Assembly (NCBI GenBank): GCA_963771075.1
Contig: CAVYSE010000006.1
Span: 32,001 to 96,000 of the forward strand
Direction of reading: 5' to 3'
DNA length: 64,000 nt
Source: a candidate division FCPU426 bacterium
GTDB lineage: Bacteria; Oederibacteriota; Muellerivitia; Muellerivitales; Muellerivitaceae
The translations under genes and the position numbers were made by a program. Each line of letters begins with the position of its first letter. The stretch's first letter is position 1. Below, one piece after another: positions 40,590 to 50,174 of this stretch. Below the pieces are notes generated by a model that was not told the DNA's origin, ran no database searches, and worked only from the letters and a program-made list of their open reading frames with translations.

Positions 40590-41210
40590 ATGGCGCATGA
40601 GTACAAGTTTATGGGAACCCCCGAAGAATGGTTGATTCGGGCCAAAAGCAATCTGGCCATGGCGCGCCAACCCAAACTGGACCAAATCCTATTCGAGGAT
40701 TATTGCTATCAAGCCCATCAAGCAGCTGAAAAGGCCCTCAAGGCTATTTATCGAAGCCGGGGAATCGTATTCGGGGACGAGGAGGATATCGGAAAACTCT
40801 TGAAAGGACTCGAAAAAAAAGGATTGGTTCCCCCGCCTGAAGTCCTGGGATCGAGCCGTTTGACCCAATACCTTACCCATACGCGTATTCCAGGGAGGGC
40901 GGAGCCGGTGGACGAAAATGAATTTCAAAAAGCCCTGGGGCTGGCCCAGGGGGTGGTGTCCTGGGCCGGCCAATTTATCCAGCTCAAAAAACAAACACTT
41001 GAGAGTAAACCACCTGATACCCATTCACTCGTCTTATCCGAGCCCTCTTGGTCCGCGAACGACTCCTATGAATTAAAAAAAGAAAACACACCTGTCGGCC
41101 TGATGGCTATCCAAAAGAAAAAAATGAAAAAGGCCGAGAAACCGTTGATATCAAAACTTAAAACCAAGATCGGGAGTTCAACCCGCAAGGTAAATCGCGG
41201 AAAGAAGTAG
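40590..41210 (+). CDS. HEPN domain protein with a basic C-terminal tail
   Basis: EEWLIRAKSNL and CYQAHQAAEKALKA HEPN motifs. Confidence 0.8.
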   Translation: MAHEYKFMGTPEEWLIRAKSNLAMARQPKLDQILFEDYCYQAHQAAEKALKAIYRSRGIVFGDEEDIGKLLKGLEKKGLVPPPEVLGSSRLTQYLTHTRIPGRAEPVDENEFQKALGLAQGVVSWAGQFIQLKKQTLESKPPDTHSLVLSEPSWSANDSYELKKENTPVGLMAIQKKKMKKAEKPLISKLKTKIGSSTRKVNRGKK

Positions 41211-41323
41211 GTTTATTTGCCTTCAAATAACAATTTTTGACCTGAATTGATGGGAAACTTTCTTCAAGACATCCCCGTCTAATTAACAAGAAGTTCATTG
41301 TAAAATTACCTAGGAGGGCAGTC

Positions 41324-41734
41324 ATGAAGAAGCTATTGTCGCTGGTTCTGTCGCTGTTCGTCGCCTCAATCACGGGCAGGGCCTTGGCTCAAGCTCCTGT
41401 CACCCATCCGCACCCCCATCCCCGAATCCATGAAGTCCACCACCGCATGAATGACCAGTTCGTTCGCATTGAGGCGGGCCTCAAGTCTGGCAAATTGACC
41501 CAGGCGCAAGCGGACCAGCTTAAGGCCCAGCTTAAGGCTGTGCAGGCGCAGATGGACGCCGACTACAAGACCAACGGAAAGCGCATGTTGACCGTGGACC
41601 AGAAGAAACAGCTCAACGAGATGCTGGACCAGAATTCCAAAATCATTTACGACGAGAAGCATCCTGAAGGCGGCGAGCCTCCTGCCGCAGGGAACAAAGG
41701 TGCGGCCCCGGGTGCTCCGGCCGCGGCCAATTAA
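41324..41734 (+). CDS. Exported helical protein of unknown function
   Basis: Signal peptide (ALA-Q), PRIHEV..RI..G..SGKLT motif and AGGAGG RBS. Confidence 0.75.
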   Translation: MKKLLSLVLSLFVASITGRALAQAPVTHPHPHPRIHEVHHRMNDQFVRIEAGLKSGKLTQAQADQLKAQLKAVQAQMDADYKTNGKRMLTVDQKKQLNEMLDQNSKIIYDEKHPEGGEPPAAGNKGAAPGAPAAAN

Positions 41735-41752
41735 TAGTCACTTTACATTTGG

Positions 41753-41787
41753 AAAAAGCCGGTGGGTCAAATCCACCGGCTTTTTTT
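41753..41787 (+). terminator. Rho-independent terminator, probably bidirectional
   Basis: A5-GCCGGTGG-loop-CCACCGGC-T7. Confidence 0.85.
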
Positions 41788-42034
41788 CTTGTCCATCTGC
41801 GTAAATGTCACAAACCCCAACTCTCGCCTTTAGCGCCATAGTGAAGCCGATTCCCAAAATGACGGATAGGGAAATCCAAGCCCTTTTCACCTGAAACCTC
41901 GGGCTATTTTTACTCCCATTTGACAATCCCTCGGTTTAGAGGGATATTCAACACAAGGGATGTGACAAAAAAAGTTCTTTTCATCCTTTTTTTGGAGCAT
42001 GACTGGTTACAACAACGCCAACGATGAGTGATCC

Positions 42035-42568
42035 ATGCCCAACGAAAACTATATTGACGCGCAAAATATTGAAGACAATAAGTACGCGATTCCCCTGAAA
42101 GAATTGTCCAAATTCGCGGTGGTGGTAAAGGCCAAAGCGGATGACCGGGACGAACTGGTCACGAAGATCAAATCGTTCTTGGGTGACCTGAAATGGCATA
42201 TTGCCGCTGGTGTCTTTCACGAAACACAGACTCAAACCCGCTACGTCATGGACGAATTCGGTTTCGTTTACCAAAAGGGATTGAGCCTTGAAGATGAGGC
42301 CAAGCTCCAGGAATGTTCCGAAGCGACCTGCAAGCTCGACAACGGGCTGGGGTTTTGGATCCGCAAGGTCGAGAAGTCTACCTACTACCTGACCCACAAC
42401 CAATTAACAGGCAAAAGCTACGCGTCTCCCGCCATGAAATTCGAGTTGGAAAGGGCTCAAAGCCTCGACAGCATGGAAAATTTCAAGCTGAAGATCAAAC
42501 CCATCGGTTATGACAAACGAAAAGATATTCCCTCCGGCAAGCCCAATCCCCGCTCGTTGATTCGGTAA
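42035..42568 (+). CDS. Hypothetical protein
   Basis: 177-aa ORF with gene-like codon usage and an upstream TTGACA at about 41920; no recognised motif. Confidence 0.65.
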   Translation: MPNENYIDAQNIEDNKYAIPLKELSKFAVVVKAKADDRDELVTKIKSFLGDLKWHIAAGVFHETQTQTRYVMDEFGFVYQKGLSLEDEAKLQECSEATCKLDNGLGFWIRKVEKSTYYLTHNQLTGKSYASPAMKFELERAQSLDSMENFKLKIKPIGYDKRKDIPSGKPNPRSLIR

Positions 42569-42695
42569 TCTCCGATTCCGTTCGCCCCCCTGTTGCCAAT
42601 TCACTGACCGTTAGCTCGGCTACCACCAAAGATTTTTTGTTTTACTTATTCCTCAAAATGATTTTCAATTACCGGACTCTCAAGGAGGCTTCTAC

Positions 42696-44255
42696 ATGTC
42701 ATTTAAGAATGCCCACATCCCATTTTTTATCGCCTTGGCGGTTATCTTCGCGACATTGTTTTCCATGAACCTGTATGCCGATGAGGCCGCGCCGGCCGCT
42801 GCGGCGCCTTCCGATCTGGAGGCCTTGAGTTCGCCGGAGGTGGTTCACCTCATGGGCCTGGGTTGGAACCTGGGAAACACGATGGAATGCGCCGGGGATT
42901 GGATCAAGAGCGCGGAAGTCCGCAGTTTCGAGACCGCCTGGGGCAATCCAGAGACCACCAAGGAGATGATCGACAAGATCAAGGAAGACGGGTTCCAATC
43001 CATCCGGATTCCCGTGGCCTGGTCGAACATGCTGGGGAATGACTACAAGATCAGCCCCGCCTTGATGGCGCGCGTGAAGCAGATCGTGGATTGGGCGCTG
43101 GCGGACGGCCTGATCGTGGTCGTCAACATCCACTGGGACGGAGGTTGGTGGTCCAAATTCCCGGCCGATTACGACAATTGCATGCGCCGCTATACTACGA
43201 TGTGGTCGCAGATCGCCGAGAATTTCAAGGATTATCCCGGTACGCTGATTTTCGAATCCTTGAACGAGGAAGGCTGTTTCAACGACGTCTGGAACCGATG
43301 GGGTCCCGCGGCTCCTGAAAAGAAACTGAAGGCCTACGGCATCCTGAACAACATCAACCAAGCTTTCGTCGATCTCGTGCGCAAATCGGGCGGGTTGAAC
43401 GCCAAGCGCCACCTCTTGATCGCAGGGTACGCCACCGATATCGATCTTACAACCGACCCGGATTTCCTCATGCCCAAGGACGCGGTGAACCATTTGATCC
43501 TCTCGGTTCACTATTACACACCCTACACCTTCGCCGGATTGGAAAAAGACGAGAGCTGGGGCAAGGCCCGCTCGACATGGGGCGAGAAGGCGGATTTTGA
43601 CGAACTGGACGCCAATGTGCAGAAGCTGAAGCCCCGTTACCTCGACCAGGGCATCCCCATCATACTGGGGGAGTATGGCGCGACCCTCAAGAATAAGGAC
43701 CCGGAGAGCGTTCGTCTTTACTTGCTCGCGGTGGCCGGGCGTTTCTACGAGGCTGGGATGTGCCCGATGCTGTGGGACCCGGGCTCGCATTTCAACCGCA
43801 AAACCCTGGTGTTCGACGACGCCGAGCTTCTCAAGGGTTTCCAGAAGATCATGGCCAAGAAATGGAAAGAATCCCTCCAGGGCCTGAACCCGGCCGATCG
43901 GCCCAAGGGCCCCGAAGGGCCCGCGCCCTCATTCACCACCATCCCATCGGATATCTTGCAACAGGCGAAAAAGAACGCAGCCTCGACCGCGGGGGCCGAA
44001 TACGAGAAAAGCTTTACCACCCAGGTGGGGAACCACCTGGACAGCTTCCTGCGTGTTTGCACGCTCGACCATCCGCAAACGGACGACCACTCCATCGTCT
44101 TGAAGATTGAGAAGACCGGGGCGATTTCGGGGGTTTACGCCGACCGGGATGATTTTTTGGACAATTGCTTGGCGGGGAAACTGGCGAACGAGACCTGCCC
44201 CGAGCCGCCTTCCGCGCCCTATTTTGAACTCATTAACCTGGCAGTTAACAAGTAG
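42696..44255 (+). CDS. Secreted glycoside hydrolase family 5 (endoglucanase-like) with an extra C-terminal domain
   Basis: Signal peptide, GWNLGNT, RIPVAW, NIHWD, acid/base FESLNE, HYY and nucleophile GEYG. Confidence 0.9.
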   Translation: MSFKNAHIPFFIALAVIFATLFSMNLYADEAAPAAAAPSDLEALSSPEVVHLMGLGWNLGNTMECAGDWIKSAEVRSFETAWGNPETTKEMIDKIKEDGFQSIRIPVAWSNMLGNDYKISPALMARVKQIVDWALADGLIVVVNIHWDGGWWSKFPADYDNCMRRYTTMWSQIAENFKDYPGTLIFESLNEEGCFNDVWNRWGPAAPEKKLKAYGILNNINQAFVDLVRKSGGLNAKRHLLIAGYATDIDLTTDPDFLMPKDAVNHLILSVHYYTPYTFAGLEKDESWGKARSTWGEKADFDELDANVQKLKPRYLDQGIPIILGEYGATLKNKDPESVRLYLLAVAGRFYEAGMCPMLWDPGSHFNRKTLVFDDAELLKGFQKIMAKKWKESLQGLNPADRPKGPEGPAPSFTTIPSDILQQAKKNAASTAGAEYEKSFTTQVGNHLDSFLRVCTLDHPQTDDHSIVLKIEKTGAISGVYADRDDFLDNCLAGKLANETCPEPPSAPYFELINLAVNK

Positions 44256-44412
44256 GTTCGGGTCAAGGGTCATTGGATTTTTCTCTTTAAGGTTGTTTTC
44301 ATTATGAATATTATTTTGTCCATTCATCGGTGTAACCATTCATGTTTCCCAAGTCTTAAAACAGAGCAAGTGACGTTCTAAAAACTCTTTACTGGGAAAA
44401 GGATAATAGATC

Positions 44413-45807
44413 GTGATGAAATGGAACTGTGGTAAGAGCCATCTTTTATTCCTAATCTGTACAGCCTTATTATCTGTTCCCGTAGCCCGTGGACAAGAAT
44501 CCCAAAAACTTGAGGATCTCTACCCCATCCTCTCCCCTTCATATAACGTGCCAGGAAGCGACGAGACTCATTTTCCTCATTTAAATTTTAGGTTTGCTTG
44601 GACTAACGCGGCTCCACTGAAAATCGCCATTCAATTGGCGAACCCGACCTATGGGGATCAGAAGATCAAATTCGCAATCAAGGATCTTACCACGGGTCAA
44701 ACCGTCCAGTTGGACGAGGAACATAACGCCTATTTCATCAATGAAACCCTGCATCCTAACCAGGAAGGAAGCATTTGGTTCGGGGATGTGAACAGCCTGT
44801 CCGACCAATTCGCTCTCAAGGTTTGGGACAATGATGGCGACGCCTTTCAACAGGAACCAGTCACCCTCATGAGCGCTTGGACCCAGAAACCACGGCCGGT
44901 CAAGATCCACAGGTCACCTTCACCCACACCCACTTACACAAAAACAATGGTTCCGACTGTGACTCGGTCTCCTGTCCCAGGCGCGACGCCTCTCCCGACC
45001 TCCACCCCCACATGGACCATGACCTCCTCCGAAACCCCGACCCCGACTGACACGGTGACCACGACCGACACGGCGACCCCTTGCCAGACCCCTGCGCCCT
45101 TCTTCAAATGCTCCCTGGTGTTCTTCGGGGATTCCTTCTCGAGCCGCAACGGTTACCGGCCCGGGGACCGCAATTTCAAGGGGCTTACCATCGAGTCGAT
45201 GCAAAAATGGTATCCTGGCCTGCAAACGACCGATGATGACGTGATGATTCGAGAGGGTTGTGACCCGGGTTGCTGGGCTCATGAGATCCACATCTGGCTC
45301 GATTGGTTGGCCAAAAGCCACAAGGATATTCCGATCGGATACTTTGTCTTTGAGACGGGTGACGCCTGTTTTTATTACGCTCCCGCCCCTGATCATGACG
45401 GCTGCAAGGGTGCGTCCGTATCCCAAGGTGTTTCGATCTCCTACATCTACCAGGAAAAGATGGATGAGACCCTCCAGGCCATCTATGCCCAATATCCGGA
45501 CGTCCATCTGGTTGTGACGGGCATCGCCGACACGACCGGGGGGGCGGGCCATTTCGCCCCGCCGGAGGTTTACCAGGCCTTCAACCAGCGTCTATACGAA
45601 CTCAAGGCGAAATATCCCCGGATGAGGATCGCCGATATTTATCCGTTGATCGGAAACCACAGCGAATATTTTATGCATACGGAGACAATGGATAATGACC
45701 ATCCCACCTTCGAGGGACATGCCCTATATGCGAAATGCGTCTTGGACCAGTTCTCTTATTGGCCTTACCATCCGAAGATCAAAAAGGGTCGTCGTAACAA
45801 AAAATAA
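44413..45807 (+). CDS. Secreted protein: unknown N-domain, Pro/Thr linker, SGNH/GDSL hydrolase domain
   Basis: Signal peptide, PT-rich linker, FFGDS (block I), TGD (block III-like) and DNDHP (block V). Confidence 0.75.
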   Translation: MMKWNCGKSHLLFLICTALLSVPVARGQESQKLEDLYPILSPSYNVPGSDETHFPHLNFRFAWTNAAPLKIAIQLANPTYGDQKIKFAIKDLTTGQTVQLDEEHNAYFINETLHPNQEGSIWFGDVNSLSDQFALKVWDNDGDAFQQEPVTLMSAWTQKPRPVKIHRSPSPTPTYTKTMVPTVTRSPVPGATPLPTSTPTWTMTSSETPTPTDTVTTTDTATPCQTPAPFFKCSLVFFGDSFSSRNGYRPGDRNFKGLTIESMQKWYPGLQTTDDDVMIREGCDPGCWAHEIHIWLDWLAKSHKDIPIGYFVFETGDACFYYAPAPDHDGCKGASVSQGVSISYIYQEKMDETLQAIYAQYPDVHLVVTGIADTTGGAGHFAPPEVYQAFNQRLYELKAKYPRMRIADIYPLIGNHSEYFMHTETMDNDHPTFEGHALYAKCVLDQFSYWPYHPKIKKGRRNKK

Positions 45808-45985
45808 TCCCGAGGAACAAAGTTGGGTTTGTTCCTTTGGCTCTCCGCTTTTACCTCTCCTCGTGGAAATGAGGACCTCGTTTTTATAAAATTTTGGCGC
45901 AATAAAATAGATTGAATCCGTCTATAGACCGGAACTTAGGAAGGTTATGCATAAAACATTTTTTGGCACATAAAGGGGATGGATC

Positions 45986-47358
45986 GTGATGGGGAATAGG
46001 ATTCGCGTGATTAATCGGGCTGGGCTCTGCCTTATCTTCCTGTGGTTGGCGTTTTTTTGTTTTGACTCTTTTCTTCAAGGTCAGGAAACCCAAAAGATGG
46101 AGGATCTCTATCCCATCCTTTCCCCCACTTTTAAGGTTCCCGGCAGTAATGAGGTGCGATTCCAGCATCTGAATTTCAGGTTGGGTTGGACCCGGGAAGC
46201 CCCTTATCGAATCGCGATCCAATTATCGAACCCGACCTACGGGGACCAGAAGATCAAATTCGCCGTCCGGGACCTGACCATGAATCAAACGGTTTTATTG
46301 GATCTGGAACATAACACCTATTTCATCCAGGAAACCCTGCACCCGAACCAGGAAGGAACCCTCTGGTCCGGTACCGTTTCAAACCTGACGGATTCCTTCG
46401 CGCTCAAGGTCTGGGAGACAGCGATGGAGATTCCTTCGAGCAAACGCCCATCACGATCTCAAGCGCATGGACGGAAAAACCCCATCCCGCCAAGCCCCAT
46501 CCATCGCCCACCCCCTCCTCCGCTTCGCTTACCACGGACATAGAAACACCGGTTCCTCCACCCGCCACCAACGCGAAACCGGCCCTGACCGCCACGGCCA
46601 CCCGAACCATGACCACCACCGCCACGCCCACACCGACTGCTACGGCCACGCCCTGCCAGACAGCCGCGCCTTTTTTCAAGTGCGTCCTGGCCGTTTTTGG
46701 CGATTCCTTTACCAGCCGGTATGGTTTTGACCCCAAGGACCGGAATTACAAGGGGCTGACCATTCAGGCCTTGCAGCGATGGTACCCCGGCGTGGAAGCG
46801 ACTATCAATGACGTAGTGGTGCGTGAGGGTTGCGATCCGGGGTGTTGGGCGCATGAGATCGACGGATGGCTGGACCGTATCATCCAAAGCAATCCGAACG
46901 TCCCTATCGGTTACGCCCTCTTTCAGACGGGGAACTGTTGTTTTTATTACGCGCCGGACCCGGGCCACGACGGCTGCAAGGGCGCGTCCGTTTCCGAGGG
47001 CGTTTCGATCTCCTATACCTATCAAAAATATATGGACTATGCCATCGGCAGGATCTACGCCAAATGCCCCGATATTCACCTGGTGGTGCTAGGGATCGCG
47101 GACACGACCGGCGGGTCGGGCCATTTCGCGCCCCCGGAGGTTTATCAGGCCTACAATCAGCGCCTTTTTGAGCTAAAGGCGAAGTACCCCCAAATGAGGA
47201 TCGCCGACCTTTATAAGGCCATCGGGTCCCACAGCGAGTATTTCCACCACAATGACCAGGCGAATAACGACCACCCCACCCTGGAAGGACAGCTTCTCTA
47301 CGCGAGATGTGTCCAGGACCAGTTCTCCTATTGGCCCTACAAACCCGGGAAACATTAG
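45986..47358 (+). pseudogene. Tandem paralogue of 44413-45807 split by a 2-bp insertion (pseudogene or sequencing error)
   Basis: Removing the GA at 46415-46416 restores WDSDGDSFEQ, matching WDNDGDAFQQ in the paralogue, and joins ORFs 45986-46543 and 46609-47358. Confidence 0.8.
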
Positions 47359-47442
47359 GACATCTGGCGTAATTGGGGCGAATGATTGATTGCTTTGGTC
47401 CTCCCGCATTTTGTTGGGTATTTTGGATTTATAATATGACCC

Positions 47443-47766
47443 ATGGAAATAGAACCTTCCAACCCTTCCCACTCCAACCCGGAAATCAAGGACATCTTGA
47501 GAATAAGCGAATTCCTGGATGATATCCTGGTCCCGGATACCCTGAAGCGGGTCCACTTGCCGGAAAACCTGCAGGGAGACCCGCTTGAGATGACAAACGA
47601 AAAAACGAAGGCCCTGTGTATTTTTTACTACGGAATGCTTTTGGGCGGGGCGATGGTCGCGCTGAAGGAAATGCTCAACCGGGAATTGCTGGCGCACGAG
47701 CGGAACATCCTTCAAAAGCGAATCTTCAACTATATTTCCCAGCATTTGCTGGAGCCTGGACGATGA
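47443..47766 (+). CDS. Hypothetical protein
   Basis: 107-aa ORF filling the intergenic gap; no recognised motif. Confidence 0.55.
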   Translation: MEIEPSNPSHSNPEIKDILRISEFLDDILVPDTLKRVHLPENLQGDPLEMTNEKTKALCIFYYGMLLGGAMVALKEMLNRELLAHERNILQKRIFNYISQHLLEPGR

Positions 47767-47898
47767 AGGGGTAAAAAGGGGAGATCCGGTTGTCCCGCCA
47801 ACCCAGGGGGCTGGCGTCTCAATTTTAATTGGCATTGCGGAGGCATGAGGAAGATAATTTCGTTGTTATGAGTGATTCTTAATTAAGAAAGGATTGAT

Positions 47899-48519
47899 AT
47901 GGCACCGTTATCTGCTTCCGCCTCAACACCCCCCGCAGTTTCCTCGAAAGGATTGTCCTGGCCTTATTATCTACTGGGCGTATCCGCCCTGATCCCCTAC
48001 CTGGGGGTCCTGACCGGAATAGCAGCGTTCATCCTGGGCATCCTCAATTTCAAACGCGGTGGTTGGATTCTTCTAATTTTGGCGTTACTGGGATTTGCCG
48101 TCACCGGGGGAGTCAGCTATTTCGCTTATTACCAAATGTTCGTCAACCGGTCGGGAACCATGGGGACTATTTGGGTCAAAGCCACTCAAGACCAATTGAC
48201 TTTGTTGGTGAAGGATATCGAATTTTACAAATTATCGAATGGTCATTATCCGGCGGCCTTGTCCGACCTGCCAGCGGACGCCAAGAAACGCACCTTCGAT
48301 ATCATGGCAATGAACGGGGACTTCAAGAACATCAAGTACGTGAATTATGTCCTGATGCCGGACGGCCAGACCTATTATCTCTTTTCGAGTGGGGCGGATG
48401 GGACGTCTTTTACGGCCGACGATATCTTTCCCAAGATCGATCCCGCCGAAGCCGGCAAATTTGGGTATCGGGAAAGGCCCTTGAATCCCGGCGCGGCGGT
48501 GACGCCCGCTAACCCTTAA
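47899..48519 (+). CDS. Membrane protein with a C-terminal GspG/pseudopilin-like domain
   Basis: Two or three N-terminal TMs, then IEFYKLSNGHYP..LSDL and YYLFSSGADG...TADDI. Confidence 0.65.
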   Translation: MAPLSASASTPPAVSSKGLSWPYYLLGVSALIPYLGVLTGIAAFILGILNFKRGGWILLILALLGFAVTGGVSYFAYYQMFVNRSGTMGTIWVKATQDQLTLLVKDIEFYKLSNGHYPAALSDLPADAKKRTFDIMAMNGDFKNIKYVNYVLMPDGQTYYLFSSGADGTSFTADDIFPKIDPAEAGKFGYRERPLNPGAAVTPANP

Positions 48520-48564
48520 ACTAGCCGGGGATTTCAACGCGTCGACTTTTAAAAAACGCCCTCA

Positions 48565-49746
48565 TTAAAAAATGTTCAGCTTGCGGCTGTGAGACTCAAT
48601 CTCCGTTATTTCCGAGGGAACCCCGATCCGCATGGGCGGGCCCCAATAACCTGTTCCACAGCTTACGTAGATCTGAGAATGGCCATTTTTATACAAACCA
48701 GCGACATAGGGCTCGAAGAGCTCAACGACGTAATTGAAAGGAACGATCTGGCCGCCATGGGTGTGCCCGGAGATTTGGAGATCAACGCCCAGGTTGACCG
48801 CCTGGTCAAAACCCCGGGGTTGGTGAGCCATTAGGACGACCGGACGGTTTGGGTCGCGGCCCGCCAAGGCCTTTTGCGGGTCATAACGATGGCCGTTGCC
48901 TCTCGCGGAACAATCATCCACTCCAGCCAGGTCAAAGCTGTTTCGGATGGAAACACGCTCGTTCCGCAAGACTTTGATACCGAAACTTTCCATCCAGGCG
49001 ATCCATTCATCCACATCCCCGGAAAAATATTCATGGTTTCCAGTGACGAAATAGACCCCGTCGGGAGCCCTTAGGTCCTTGATAGGTTCCGCTGAATCCC
49101 GCAAATTCTCGAGTGTTCCATCCATGAGATCCCCCGTGATCGCGATCAAATCCGGGTTCAGGACGTTTACTTTGGAGACGATCTCCGCCATGAAACCTCG
49201 TCCGATGGTCGGGCCCACATGCAGGTCGGTGATCTGTGCGATGCGGTAGGGTCCTACGGTACGGGGAAGCTTGTCCAACTTGACCTTGACTCTTTTGATC
49301 CGCACCGCTTGGGCCGTGGCACCCCATAACCCGGAAACCGTCAGGCCGAGGGAACTCAGAACCGCAGTGCTTCCGATGAGTGTGGCCAGGAAACGCCTTC
49401 GCTCGGGGTCCACTGGTTCTTGCTTAAGCAAGGAGGGTAAGCCCAAAAGGAAACATTTTCCAATATCTCCAATGGCAAGGGTTACGAGGAGAAGGAACAA
49501 CAATCCCATCCAGGTATAGGAGAACCACGCGACGGGCATGAAGGGTCCGCGGGGCGTCAGCCGGCCCAAGACCATGGTAATGGGCATCAGGATCATCAAA
49601 ACGAAAAGAATGACCGCGGCGCGTTTTTCCCACTGGAGATTCAAACCTGTGTCACGCGCCAGGCGCGCCCAGAGGTAGTAATGGATCACAATGAGGATGG
49701 AACATGTTATGGCCAAAAAGATAAGTATTCGGGGCCAGAGATGCAA
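48565..49746 (-). CDS. Membrane-anchored calcineurin-like metallophosphoesterase (YkuE-like)
   Basis: DLH, TGD, GNHE, AHQP and SGHTHGGQ motifs, with N-terminal TMs. Confidence 0.9.
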   Translation of the reverse strand: MHLWPRILIFLAITCSILIVIHYYLWARLARDTGLNLQWEKRAAVILFVLMILMPITMVLGRLTPRGPFMPVAWFSYTWMGLLFLLLVTLAIGDIGKCFLLGLPSLLKQEPVDPERRRFLATLIGSTAVLSSLGLTVSGLWGATAQAVRIKRVKVKLDKLPRTVGPYRIAQITDLHVGPTIGRGFMAEIVSKVNVLNPDLIAITGDLMDGTLENLRDSAEPIKDLRAPDGVYFVTGNHEYFSGDVDEWIAWMESFGIKVLRNERVSIRNSFDLAGVDDCSARGNGHRYDPQKALAGRDPNRPVVLMAHQPRGFDQAVNLGVDLQISGHTHGGQIVPFNYVVELFEPYVAGLYKNGHSQIYVSCGTGYWGPPMRIGVPSEITEIESHSRKLNIF

Positions 49747-50032
49747 AGGGACTCTCCTTGGACATGGCGTTTAGACCCTGCCCATAAATTTATCGATTCA
49801 CGAATTCCATGCCGACCTTCCCTAAATAGTTATTGGTGTCGGTATAGTACCGAATTCCATAAAAATCGAGTTTCAATGAAAATCGGCACAAGCTTCACTT
49901 GCCCAGCCTTCGGCTGGGGACGTCTTTCAACCCCCGCTAAAATCCTGGGATTCAATGAAGTGACTTTTAAACCCACCTAATTCAAGGGTTTGTGCGGCAC
50001 TTCTTTCCTCCAAAAGGGCGAAAAAAGGGGAC

Positions 50033-50158
50033 ATGCGGACTTACTGGCTGGAAAGCAAACGAAAGGGTGATTTGCGTATCCCCGAACTGGATTTGGACTC
50101 GGCCCAGACGGATCTATTTTCACTCGATACCCCGTCCGGAAACAACGGGAAGGCGTAA
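50033..50158 (+). CDS. Candidate 41-aa small protein
   Basis: AAGGGG RBS-like sequence, then ATG...TAA encoding MRTYWLESKRKGDLRIPELDLDSAQTDLFSLDTPSGNNGKA. Too short for the ORF track. Confidence 0.35.
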   Translation: MRTYWLESKRKGDLRIPELDLDSAQTDLFSLDTPSGNNGKA

Positions 50159-50174
50159 CGCATCCTCAAGGCCG

